64,000 bases of DNA, taken from the NCBI GenBank assembly GCA_043228905.1, contig JBHGNT010000004.1, positions 21,824,001 through 21,888,000 on the forward strand, written 5' to 3'. Both the position numbers and the translations under genes were made by a program. Positions 37,991 through 50,705 of this stretch are shown piece after piece (position 1 is the first letter of the stretch; each line of letters starts with the position of its first letter). This DNA is from Azolla caroliniana. Taxonomy: Eukaryota > Plantae > Polypodiophyta. The notes under the pieces were generated by a model, which was not told where the DNA came from, made no database searches, and was given only the letters and a program-made list of their open reading frames with translations.

Positions 37991-38646
37991 ATCTTTAGTG
38001 TTCTATAAATAGATTTAATAACTATAACTGCTTTATTTGCGCCTACCTTTATTAAAAGGTAAATCGTGCATTTTTAGAGTGCGTGAATATTTTATAGAAA
38101 AACGCAAGCAACTAAAAAGTGACTCATGCACATCTAGCGTGCATGAGCACTATATTTAGCAAATAAAAGCAAGGATTAGAAAAGCATCACATGCACATTT
38201 AGTGTGCATGAACATATTAGAAAAAAAGCATGTAGCTATGCTCAGTCTCTCCCATCACTACATAAGGATGGGGAGCACAATGTAATAGGCGTGTGAAATA
38301 TTTGGAAATTGGATATATTTCCAAAAACACCAACCGATTAATATAATCGTGGGATTCACGAAAATAATATAATCTATACTTGTGGGATTCACAAGTTTCT
38401 TATATCTTTCTTTCAATCTAAATACATATTCTTATCTAAATATTGATTAATCGAATACAATACACTCGTGGGATTCACGAAATTTCTATCTCTCTTTCTA
38501 ATAATCTATTCATTACTAGCCTCATCTCATATTCTTCTTTCTCCTAGTCCAAAACCTCGGCGGTTCCCACCCGACTCATGCAACGATCCGAAGCCGAAAG
38601 GCACGACACAGTTGGTGAACCCGACGTGAAGGCGGGTGGCAAGGAG

Positions 38647-40602
38647 ATGGAGAATCAACAAGAGGCAATGAGCATAACGATGATGATGATGTTCGAGCGG
38701 ATGCTACAAGAACAACGTGTGATGTCGGAGATCACGGGGGCAGTAAAGCGGCTCGTACAACGAAACGGACAATTCAACGGAAACGATGTGTCACGCTATC
38801 TACGTGACTACAAGGCGGAGATGATACAATGTGGGATACCGGAAGGATTGCAAGTGACATCCTTCAATCGGGTGGCCACGGATGAGCTACAAGAGAGAAT
38901 CCACAAGATACGGCAACAAAACTCGACATGGGGGTCATTCGAAGAAGCTTTACGAGAGGCATATGATTACAAGAGATCGAAGGGAAAAGATCGGCGAGAA
39001 TTCGATGAATGGGTGGCATCGGAGAAGACCCACCGAAGTGCAACACAAGCATTCCTAGAGTTCGAGCATCGTTTTGCTCGACTCTCGGAGCGGGAACAAC
39101 GATTGGTGGGGGAGGATAAAGTCCTAATGTTCGTAAGATCGATCGATCGAAAAGAAAGGATGGACATCGGGATCGAACTCGAAGATGATGACGGTGCGAA
39201 CGGTCTTACCGAGGATTGGGCCAAAGTCGAAAGGGTATGCCGGAGACATGATGAGAGGAAGATGAGAATCTTGTCAACGACATGGCCGATGAAGGATGGT
39301 CGATTGAAGACAAACGATGGAGCCGATATGAAGGCCGAAATACAACATGATGGTGCGACGGAAGAGGGTGTAAAACAAGCTACCCTCTTGTCTTGCGAAA
39401 GAACGACGGCGAAGGATAAGGCCGATAACCCAAGTGTAGAAGAAGATTTCGGGATACAAGTGCCCGAGACATCGGGTCAAAAAGGGGTAAGCATAATAGA
39501 TGTTTGCATAATTGATGCAGATAAAGAGTGTGAAGCGGATGTGATTAAGGAGGTACCCACAAAAGACGAAATCGAATCGGAGGTGGCTATGGACGAATCA
39601 ATGGCGGATTGCCATATCGAGACTTCCCCACCACTGATTCCAGAGACTCCGGCGGTTGTGATCGAAAGGCAACGTGAGACCGAAGAGACGGAAGGTGGCG
39701 GAGAGAAAACGAATGTCGAAGCCGACGAATACGATGAAGAGATAGCCGAGAAGAATGCTAAGGGTGAAACTACGAAAGAAGGTAATACCGAGGATTCATG
39801 CCAACAATATCTAGAGACTTCGGCGGTTGTGTCCGAGAACCAACGTGAGACCAGAGAGACGGGAGGTGGCAGCAAGGAAGGTAAAGTCGGAAGCCGGTTC
39901 GGATGGAAGATGATCCGTCTAGAATTCCGATGTAAACAAAAGCACGACAACACGAAGGTCGAGTCTACGAGGGGAGAAGCATGTAATACAGAGCACACGC
40001 TACGACACCAAAAGAAGCACGTGCTATGGCGTAAAAAGAAGCACGCGATACGGCGCAAAAAGAAGCACGCGCTACGGTGCAAAAAGAAGCATGCGCTACG
40101 GGGTAATACGACACATGCACTACGATGGAATGCGAAGCATGCGCTACGGCGTAATACGACGCATGCACAACAACGAGAAATGAAACATGCATTAAAGCCG
40201 CACAAGGACCTAACAACGAGCGCGTATTTGGAGGTCGACATCGACGCGTGGGTAGAACCTACGGAAGACAAGCGCAGAGCGGAGAGAGACAGCACGCCGA
40301 GATGCTCAAGAGGACCACAAGGGACCATGACAACCACTCATGGCAATGTAAAGAGTGAACGAAGAATATGGTGGATCGGATGGCGACAATGGTTCAGGTG
40401 GAAAGAATGGATGTGCTCAAAATGGAGAGACAAAGCTGACATAGCGAGAGAAACAGAGGGTACAAAAAGTAACGAAGAATTACGAGGGCCGGTAACCGGA
40501 GACCAGACAGAGCCGGCAACCGAACTGAACCGGAAACCGGGCGGAGCCGGCAACCAAAAAACCGGTGACCAAACGGGGCCGACAACCAAACACGACCGGT
40601 GA
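38647..40602 (+). CDS. gag: E4 intact Gag plus acidic tail plus basic 8-aa repeats
   Basis: Uninterrupted ORF. GQFNGNDVSRYLRDYKAEM...GLTEDWAKVERVC. HALRRKKK-type repeats. No pol. Confidence 0.8.
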   Translation: MENQQEAMSITMMMMFERMLQEQRVMSEITGAVKRLVQRNGQFNGNDVSRYLRDYKAEMIQCGIPEGLQVTSFNRVATDELQERIHKIRQQNSTWGSFEEALREAYDYKRSKGKDRREFDEWVASEKTHRSATQAFLEFEHRFARLSEREQRLVGEDKVLMFVRSIDRKERMDIGIELEDDDGANGLTEDWAKVERVCRRHDERKMRILSTTWPMKDGRLKTNDGADMKAEIQHDGATEEGVKQATLLSCERTTAKDKADNPSVEEDFGIQVPETSGQKGVSIIDVCIIDADKECEADVIKEVPTKDEIESEVAMDESMADCHIETSPPLIPETPAVVIERQRETEETEGGGEKTNVEADEYDEEIAEKNAKGETTKEGNTEDSCQQYLETSAVVSENQRETRETGGGSKEGKVGSRFGWKMIRLEFRCKQKHDNTKVESTRGEACNTEHTLRHQKKHVLWRKKKHAIRRKKKHALRCKKKHALRGNTTHALRWNAKHALRRNTTHAQQREMKHALKPHKDLTTSAYLEVDIDAWVEPTEDKRRAERDSTPRCSRGPQGTMTTTHGNVKSERRIWWIGWRQWFRWKEWMCSKWRDKADIARETEGTKSNEELRGPVTGDQTEPATELNRKPGGAGNQKTGDQTGPTTKHDR

Positions 40603-41813
40603 CGAAACCAACCGGGCGGAGAACGGACGGATGAGACTAACAATCACCGACAACTTCGGCACATACCGGAGGATGTGCGGGTTCGGAGGGGGCGAGTGTC
40701 GTAGTGTATTTCGTACACTACGTGAAAAAGTAAAAATAATATAACCGATTTAATTACATATAAATAAATAAAATAATATATCAAGATATTTACCACGTGC
40801 ATAGGGCAGGATTCGAACCCTGTACCTCCACGTAGCCAAACCTCAACTTTACCATTATGCTACCTTATCTTTAGTGTTCTATAAATAGATTTAATAACTA
40901 TAACTGCTTTATTTGCACCTACCTTTATTAAAAGGTAAATCGTGCATTTTTAGAGTGCATGAATATTTTATAGAAAAACACAAGCAACTAAAAAGTGACT
41001 CATGCACATCTAGCGTGCATGAGCACTATATTTAGCAAATAAAAGCAAGGATTAGAAAAGCATCACATGCACATTTAGTGTGCATGAACATATTAGAAAA
41101 AAAGCATGTAGCTATGCTCAGTCTCTCCCATCACTACATAAGGATGGGGAGCACAATGTAATAGGCGTGTGAAATATTTGGAAATTGGATATATTTCCAA
41201 AAACACCAACCGATTAATATAATCGTGGGATTCACGAAAATAATATAATCTATACTTGTGGGATTCACAAGTTTCTTATATCTTTCTTTCAATCTAAATA
41301 CATATTCTTATCTAAATATTGATTAATCGAATACAATACACTCGTGGGATTCACGAAATTTCTATCTCTCTTTCTAATAATCTATTCATTACTAGCCTCA
41401 TCTCATATTCTTCTTTCTCCTAGTCCAAAACCTCGGCGGTTCCCACCCGACTCATGCAACGATCCGAAGCCGAAAGGCACGACACCGTTTTGTACTACGG
41501 GCCGGAAACCTATTTAAAGGCCCGGACCCCATTGTAATAGCAGCGGATAATTAATAGAGCATATGGTGTTTATACTTCTGTGTTGATTTCCGTTCTGTAA
41601 TTACGGTATATCTTACGCGTGTAAGTAACCAAAGCATTCTAATCGTGTAACTTACGTAAGTCGGTGTAATCGTTGAATCTTAATCCTATGCCGTAATCAC
41701 CCTTTGGTGAAGTGTCTCCGTGACACCTTGTGTTAGGCCTTGTTCGGCTAGCGAATAACACAGTTTTGGCGACCACGATTCCTGCTTTCTCGCAGCGAAC
41801 GACGGCTTAATGG

Positions 41814-44800
41814 ATGACGAGACCAACGCACGACCTGGTTACAGACCGAGCTCGACGCCTCGCCGAACGGCAAAGACGGCGTGAGACTTTCCAGCAAGCA
41901 GCGCACGAAATTCGCTCGGATCGTTCGTTCTCCAACGAGATCCGGAGAGTCGCGGAGGAATCTCTTCGGTTACAGCAAACTCGCGACCAGGACGACAGAA
42001 GCAGTCTAAGCAGTCTCCGGGAAACCGAACGCCTTCTCGAGGCGCTGGCAAGCGGAGAAAACGAGGCAGAAGCCTTTTCAGCCTACGAATCGGATTCCGA
42101 CGGGGGATACAGCGTGCACACGAACTACCGGAGCAGCAACGATACCCCCGGCGGCCCGGAGGACGACGGGTCGGATACCGTGCCGACTCCAGAACCGGAA
42201 CCGCTCAACCAGGGCTATCCGGAACCGCAAATGGAAGCCGTCAACCCACCAACACATGAAGTGGAAGAAGCAAAGCCACCGACACCAACGAAAGAGCCGG
42301 CAAAGGTACCGGAAGAAGAGCCGGTGAAGGAACCAGAAAAAGAACCGGAAAAGGAACCGGAAAAAGCACCGGCAAAAGAACCGGAAGTGGAACCGGAGAG
42401 AAACCCGGAAAGATATCAACAAACGCCACTAAACCGCGGCCTAATACTGGACGACGACATGCCGTTCCAATACTCAAAGTATCGCGATGACCCGGACGCG
42501 GAAGCGCATGTTCATGCCTTCGAGCAGACATGGGAAGCAAATCACACGTCCCAGCGAATGACACCGGAGGAAGAAGAACGCTCGAAGATAGCGGAATTCG
42601 GGGTCACGTTGGAAGGACCAGCGACACGATGGCGACGGACGCAGGAACCGGCGACCATCACAACCTTTGCAGAATTAAAAGCAAAATTCTTGCATTTTTT
42701 CCACAAGGAGGTCGACCAGACGACAATGGTGGGCCTGTTTTATACGATCCGGCAGGAGGCAGGGGAAAGCATTCCCCAATTCGTCATCCGTTTCCAACGA
42801 ATGCATAGCCAGCTTGCCCGTGCACCCCCGGAGGAGGAATTACGGACGATACTTTTAAACGCACTCCGGGAACCGTTACGCACGGTGTGTACGGTAATCG
42901 ACTTTCGAGGAAGCACCATTGACCAGGTCATTGACCGGGTCAGAGAAATGGAAAAGTCAAGCTCATGGCTTACGCTGGGAACACTGCAACGGGCGTTACC
43001 CACCGAGGAAGATCTCCGGTTCCGGCAGGCAATTCAATGCACAATCTGCTTGAATGCCGGACACTCGGCAGTGGAGTGCACCATGCGAACCCAGTGCGTG
43101 ATTTGTCAATCCAAGAGTCATACAACGGACCGGTGCGAGTATAACCTGTTAAACCGACAAGCACCACCCATCCGACGGATCGAGCCAAGAAGCAGCCGAG
43201 ACGAAGATGACGATCGTTGGCAAAGAATGAACCGGTACCGACCGGCACAGGATGCCCGGTACGGAGATAGACAAGAGAATGATGGCCGGTACGGGAATCG
43301 GCATGATAACTACGACCGGTATGAGCGATCGGACCGTTATCGGGAGTCCAACAGACGACACGAGCAATACGACAGAGACCATTCCCCTGGTTACCGGAAG
43401 CACCAGGAGGACTACGGCCGATTTTACGATCCACCACGACCGGACTACCGCAATAAAAATAAGAATAATAAGAAACGTAATTTCAAGAAAGGTGGTCACC
43501 CTAGGGACCCGGAACATGGAACCCCAAGGAGCCAACCGGCACAGAATGCACCACTCACTACGGGACCGACTCCGGCTACCAGCAATGCTGAATCCAGCAA
43601 TACCCGTAAAGAGTACTGCTACTACTGCAGGCAGGAAGGCCACTACAGTAACCAGTGCCCGGTAAAGAGCTACGAGAAACGACCAGCAGTTAATATGGTG
43701 GTTCCGGAAGTGACGGATGTACAGCAAGTAACCACACGGTCGAAAGGCATGGCCAAAGAGTGGGAAACACAAGAGGCCATACGAAAACAGGCGACGGAAT
43801 GGGTGAAGGAAGCCAATGGAAGGAACGTCGCGGACGTGGAACGACAAAAGGCGAATACCATAGGGAGTGCCGGCGGTAGCCACGCAGAAAACGAGACATG
43901 GCAAGCACTGCAAGAATGTCAGATCATGTTGCCATTAGGAAGACTCTTGCAGCTCGTGCCGCGATTTACGGAAGGACTAAAAACAGTCATGACAGACGGT
44001 ATAGCCCCACCGGCACCAGTCTTCTTCTCGAATCCGGAGGAGGGACCGACGGTGGTGGACACTAGTAGTCCGGTGATTACAGCTATTGTCAAAGGGCACG
44101 AACTTCCCGGCACAGTAATCGATGGAGGATCCGGGGTGAACGTAATAAGCCTCCGCACGTGCGATGCCTTGGGTATACATGAATGGGAGCCATGTCCGTT
44201 CTGGCTACGGATGGCGGATACGAGCTCTGTACGGCCGACGGGCTTAATACGGAAATTGGAAGTCACCATAGGAGGTCACACATTTCACATCTCGGCTGTA
44301 GTGCTGCAGCTACAGGCGCAAGGCGCGTACCCACTGTTGCTGGGCAGACCATGGTTGAAAACAACACACATCAAGCAAAATTGGCGGAAAAATATGATTA
44401 CCTTCCGGCGCGGAAAAGCCAAGGTCCGGGTACCGACACAACCACGGACGAGCAACGGTAAGGAATGCACACCGATGTATGCGGAATGCGTGAACATGCT
44501 TGAAGGGTTGGCAGACGACGAAGAAGCCCAGTACTTGGAGGAACACCCGAAGATCGTACCACTCTTCAAGATTGACGTGGCTGAAGCCGTAGCGCCATAC
44601 TTGCCGCAGCGGGACGAAACCGAAGCCGAACCAGACAAAGATGCGATTCGGGAATTACGGCAAGCACAGGAAGCGTTGGAACGGGAAATGGCCGTTTCCC
44701 AACGGGTAAAAGCATCCCAGCTCGACGAAGTGAACCTAGGAAGCAAGGACGAATCAAAGCCGGTACACATCGCCAAAGAAATGAAGCCGGAAGATAAAGC

Positions 44801-47666
44801 GGCGATGATCAAACTTCTCACGGAGTTTCGCGACGTATTCGCCTGGTCATACGAAGACATGCGAGGGCTGGACCCTCAATTATATCAGCATCAGATCCAC
44901 TTAGGCAAGGACGCGAAACCAGTGGCGCAAAGACGTTACCGAATGAACCCCAACTACGCCGCCAAAGTGAAGGAGGAAATCGACAAACTCCTAAGAGTGG
45001 GCTTCATCCGGCCGGTAAAGAAAGCGACGTGGCTGAGCCCCATCGTCGTCGTCCCCAAGAAGAACGGTAAAATCCGCGTGTGTAGATTACAGGAAACTAA
45101 ATGCAGCCACAATTACGGATGCATTCCCTCTTCCGTTCACGGATGGAGTACTGGATGCCGTCGCCGGCCATGAAGTTTATAGCTTTCTAGACGGGTTCAG
45201 CGGATACAATCAAATCTGGATGCACCCTGACGACCAGGAGAAGACAACGTTCGTCACCGAATGGGGGGTGTTTGTGGCCGAAGTAATGATGTTCGGCCTA
45301 AAAACGGCACCAGCAACTTTCCAGCGAATCATCATGGAGATCTTCGGCGAATACATTCCTGCCTTCATGCAGGTTTTCCTGGATGATTTTGCAGTCTATA
45401 GCCGGGGAAAAGACCATTTGCAGCACCTACGGTTATGCCTTGAAAAGTGTAGGTTATACCGGCTAAGCTTAAACCCAGCAAAATGTATCTTTGGAGTTTC
45501 AAGTGGAATCTTACTGGGACACATTGTGAGTAAGGAGGGCATTGCGGTCGACCCGGACAAAGTAAACGCGATACTAGGGGCACCGGCGCCGAAAACGGCC
45601 AAAGCACTAAGCCGATTCTTAGGACAGATCCGGTGGCACAGCCGGATGCTCCGTCACTTGGCTGACTTGGCTACACCATTACACACCGCGGTACATCGGA
45701 CACCGTTCCAATGGACGGATACGGAGGATAAGGCATACAATGCCCTGAAGGTACTTTTGTCGCAAGCACCTGTCGTGCAGCCTCCGGATTGGAGCAAGGA
45801 ATTTCATGTGTTCGTTGACGCTTCCGACATCGCTATCGGCAGCGCCTTAATGCAACTTACGGAGCCTAAATGGTACCGGCCGGTATATTACGCCAGTCGG
45901 AAGCTGTCCCAAGCGGAGAAGAACTATTCGACGACAGAACGGGAGGCCCTGGGCATGATCTACAGTGTCACAAAGTTTCGTCATTACCTATTGGGAAGGA
46001 AGTTCTCCTTTCATGTGGATCACTCGGCGCTCCTGTACTTAGTGTCCAAGGCGTCCCTGACCGGTAAGTTGGCCCGTTGGACCTTGCTGTTGCAGGAGTT
46101 CGAATTCGAGATCTTTCACCGGCCCGGTATCCAGCATGCCGTAGCAGACTACCTGAGCCGGTTAGAGTCCGAAGAATCAGGCGACGGAGTAGCGGATGAA
46201 TTCCCGGACGCAGAGTTATTCTGTATCACCCCGGAAACGGCAGCGGACGACACGGTGGTATCAGAAGATAGGTGGCTGACAAACATGCACCAGTTCCTAA
46301 GCACGGGCCTGCCACCGGAGGAAATGAACCGGGACGAGAGGAAACGACTGGCGGTGCAGAGTCGCAATTTCTGTCTATTACGGGACACTCTCTACCACAA
46401 AGGAGCAGATGGAATATGGAGACGGGCAGTCCGTAGTGACGAGAAACAAGTAATCTTACGGGAAGCACACTGTGGGGTTGCCGGAGGACACTATGCCGGG
46501 GAAGCGACGGCAAGGAAAGTATGGCAGAGCGGCTTGTGGTGGCCCACGACGTTAAAAGACGCCGTCAAGTATGCTAAGGAATGTGACCTATGCCAGCGAA
46601 TGGGCCAGCCTACGGAGCAAGCACGGATGCCACACCAACCGGTACTTCCACTAGAGCCATTCCAGAAGTGGGGGTTGGATTTTGTCGGACCGTTCAAGCC
46701 ACCGGCAATGAGAACGGGTAATCGTTATGTCATCGTGGCAACGGATTATTGCACTAAATGGGTGGAAGCTAAGGCCCTGAGAGACAACACCGCGTCATCC
46801 ACAACAAAATTCCTGTACGAAAACATTTGGTGCCGATATGGATGTCCGATTGAATTAATCAGCGACCAAGGAGGGCACTTCCTCGGCCAGGTAGTGGAAA
46901 GCTTAACAACGTTCTATGCCGTGGTCCATAAACGAAGCACACCGTACTACCCACAGGCGAACGGGTTAGTAGAGTCCACCAACAAAACGCTGCAGAACAT
47001 TCTCCGCAAAATCGTCAACGAAAACCGGACGGACTGGGATACAAAGCTCCATAGCGCGCTATGGGCGTACCGAACGGCATACAAAACAAGTATCCGGACA
47101 ACGCCGTTCCGGTTAGCGTTCGGCTTAGAGGCGGTCATGCCGGTGGAATTTCAGGTACCAAGCTTACGGATCCAACTACGGGAACGGCTGAATGAAAAGG
47201 AGTCGGAAGAAAGGCGGCTAGCAGCACTATGCGAACTGGAGGAGCAACGGCTGGCCAGCATCCTACACATGGAACTGGAGCAACGACGACGGAAAGCGTT
47301 CGTTGACCGTCACCGGAAAGGTAATGAAAAGATGTTCGAAATCGGAAAGCCGGTGCTAGTATTCCAAACAAGGATGGGCAAGATGTCGGGTAAACTCCTT
47401 GTTTGGAATACAACGGGTCCTATCAGATTGGGACACTTGCCGGTGAAGTACTAGGCAAGTGGGTGAACGGATTTAGACTAAAGCCCTATAAAGGACCAAT
47501 GCCAAATAACCCGTTTATGCAGCCCACCGGCACTATACCAGGAACCTGTCCGGGAACGGTACGGATGGAAGAAAAAGACGACGGGGAACCCGTAGCAGAG
47601 GCGAAGGAAGACACGGCAACCCGTAAGGAAAACGGTAAGGGTCCGAGGGGACCTACAGATGTGTAA
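41814..47666 (+). pseudogene. gag-pol: G2 gag-pol (frameshift near 45083 and small lesion near 47400)
   Basis: CYYCRQEGHYSNQC, VIDGGSGVN, FLDDFAVYS, VDASDIAIG, WGLDFVGP, ISDQGGHF. Confidence 0.92.
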
Positions 47667-47680
47667 GGTCACACACCGTC

Positions 47681-47683
<3 letters not shown>

Positions 47684-47718
<35 letters not shown>
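47684..47718 (+). repeat. Poly(A) run, about 35 nt, between pol and the extra ORF
   Basis: Seen directly. Confidence 0.95.
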
Positions 47719-47720
<2 letters not shown>

Positions 47721-48059
47721 TCATTAAAAATCGAGGTATGAACGGACGTGAAAGCAAGGAGCGAAAAGGTACGTAGTGGGCATTTAAGAGCCGCCACATT
47801 GCTTAATACTAATTTGGTACACGACGTGTGCATGCTCGAAAAAGGCGCCAAGACGCACAGAGAAAAAGAAGAACGCATGGAGACCTTCTTTTTTCGCGAG
47901 CCAAGAAGCACAGAAGCACCAAGGCAGTGGAAGCTTAGCAAACGCGAACCTGCACTCAGAGAAACCCCACGTTCGGAACGCTCTCTGTCTCGCTCCCTCT
48001 CTCGCTCTCACTCTCATCACCACTCTACCTCGCCATCTTTCCTCGACCTCGAAGCAGAC

Positions 48060-50705
48060 ATGGAACCACAAACGCTGTCGGAAGCGGCCAGGAAATGGTT
48101 CAGGCAACACGGACTGGACGGGTTCTTGACCATCATGGAGGCACCACCGCACAAAGAAGCCGACCAGGTCATCAAGGAGCTCGACAAAGAAGTCATCACC
48201 GAGGAAGCGATCCGTGCGCTAACAGGCCTTCCGGAGGGAGGTATTTTTCAGATTGATAATCCAACCTCGGAGCAACTCACCCGATATTTCGGTGAGTACT
48301 CTGTAGCCGGCAAAGGCTATCGAACGCAGGGCGGCGAAGATCCGTTGTTCAGGGAGATAGCTCGAGTACTCCATGAGTACGGCCACGTGTACCCCCGACC
48401 CCCTGTCATGCCAAAAAATCGGGCAGGGATGATCATAGCCACCTATGAAGGGATCCAGGTGGACTGGCCGGTGTTGATTGCAGACGGTTTGTGCGCGGCA
48501 ATCGACATGGTACGAGGAAAGGACGGCAAGGAGGGCCGGAAGCTGTGGCATGCCGTAGCTCAGTGGATAACATTGCTCGTGCCGCCGGTCGAGACCGTTC
48601 AGCCAAAGAAGCGGCCAAGATTATCGGAAGGAAGCACCTCGAAACCCGCGTCCAAACGACAGCAGCTGCTGGCGTCAAAGGCGACGAAAGGGAAGAAACG
48701 GCTCCCAGTACCGGAGGAGGTGTCACCGGTGGGACCCGTTAAGATAACCATACGGCGACCGGGACAGAAGGAACCAGAACCCTTGACGGCACGGAAACAT
48801 GCCGTTACCCAGGAAGAGGAAACAGAGGAGCCAGAAGAGCACCTCCAACGACGGTCAAGAAGTAGGACCGCCGGGACAGCGGGGGAGCGTTCGGACCCGC
48901 AGAAGGAAGAAACGCCCCCAACTCAACCTGAGCAAACCGCAAGGGAGGAACCGGAACCGGTGCGTGTGGAACCGGCCTTGTCGACTTCTATACCAGAAGT
49001 CATTCCAACGGCTCCGGAGACGGCGAGAACCAGAACTCAACAGCCGGCGAGCCCAGCCAGCACACACGGCGGCCAAGGAGTAGAACCAGAACGGCAGATA
49101 CAGGCACTCAGGCCAGACAATTCCACAATGAACAAGCCGACCCGACCAGTACAGCAGCAAGGCACCAGTAGCATGTGGCTACGGTGGGTAGGTGAGCAGA
49201 TCGCCGGAGCGGTCGAGTACATAGAGGCGGAGGAGAGAGCGCACAACGAACGGTTGCTCGTCACAACCGTAGATCTAGAGACGGCCCGGTCCAGAATCCG
49301 GAGCCTTGAACAAGACTTGGACAGGGTCACAAGGGAAATGGCTCAATTAGCTTTGACAACACAAGTCCAAGCACCGGTGACTCCGGGCAATGTACAGAAT
49401 ATAGCGACAGATCAACCTGTACATAGCAATCAGACCCCGGCAACGGAAACCGTTCCGGAGAGAAATGCGGCACAAGCCCAAGAGCTTGCAGACTTAAAGG
49501 ATGAGCTAGCTGCCCAAGAAGCGTTGAGGAGCCGCGAAAGAGAATTGAAGACGGCAGCAGAGGCGGAACTCAAAAAGACTGCTGAGAATCTACGCTGGGC
49601 CGAGGAGAGCTTACGAAAAGGCCACCAAGCGTACGACCGGCTCAAGGAGGAAAAGGAGAAAATGCTGCAAGAGAAGGACAGGCTCCGGAGAAACGCCGAA
49701 ACAGAAATAGAGCGCCTGAAAGAAGAACTCCGGCAGCTAAAGGACCGGGAGGACCGGAACCATCGCCAGATCAACGGCAAGCTCAAACAAAAAACGGAGG
49801 AATTTGAGCAATTGCACCGGGAGTATAAACGGTTGCAAACGGAGCACAAGGAACGGACGGATGAGCTCCGGCAAGCAGTTGATCGGACCGCAACGGCATA
49901 CGCTAATGAACAAGCGGAAAACAGAAGACGATTGGAAGAGGCGGAGAAGGTTCGGACAGAGCTCCTCAGGCAACAGCAGGCGGAAAAAGAAAGAGCGGCG
50001 GAGGTACTGCAGAGGCTGTAGACAACATATCAAGGGCAGCTGACGCGCTACAGAGAGCAGGCGGAGGATACGGCGAATCTCATCAAGCAGTTGAAGGAGG
50101 AACGACAAGTTGTGGAAAGTAGAGCGCAAATGGGAGCAAGTCGTATCCAGGATATCATGCGGGCCTGGTTGAACCAGACCAAGAGCTTGATTGACAACGG
50201 GTCCGTCAAATGGTGGACCAAGTGGGCCACGAACGCGGCGGAACTCCAAATGCTCCGGGCCGACGTAGAGAACCGGCGGAAGGAGGGAGATGATTGCTAT
50301 ATGCTGACTTCCGAAGACTTCACCGGCATAAGAGATGAGCTGGCCGAAGACTTTCAAGCCTTGGCGGAGGACCAACTAGGGCAAGTCCGGCAACTTGTAG
50401 CTCAGCTGGACGACGACAGGCTGGAGGCGCAGATCCAGTTTGAAAGCTACGAGAGGTCCCGGATCCGGGAACAGAAATCACAAGAACCGGTTACGGTAAA
50501 CCTCAGTGATGAGGAACCGTTACTGGAAGGAGACTGGACCGGTAGCAGTCAAACGGAGATGCCGGAGTCAGAGAAACAAACGGAGCAGCCGCAGTCCCAA
50601 CCGCAACCACAGCAGCAGCAGCAAGCACAGCCGCAACAACCACAACCGGAAGAACAATTGGAAAATCTGGAACAAAGTAATTTGGACAATTTGGGTGAAC
50701 AATGA
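48060..50705 (+). CDS. G2 extra 3' ORF: globular N-terminal domain, basic NLS-like segment, Pro/Glu linker, long coiled coil; one TAG at 50019-50021
   Basis: ORFs 47748-50021 and 50091-50705 share a frame. PKKRPR. Heptad-rich E/K/R/L region. Stop lies about 50 nt before the 3' LTR. Confidence 0.75.

Larger units (their letters stand above)
37821..41484 (+). mobile_element. E4: young gag-only tRNA-Trp-primed element inserted in the G2 LTR
   Basis: 788-bp LTRs 37821-38608 and 40697-41484, about 4 differences by eye. PBS 38613-38629. 4-bp TSD CCGT, confirmed against the empty site at about 50900. Confidence 0.95.

Noticed and set aside
48060-50705. Envelope glycoprotein
   Set aside because: No signal peptide or transmembrane segment visible.
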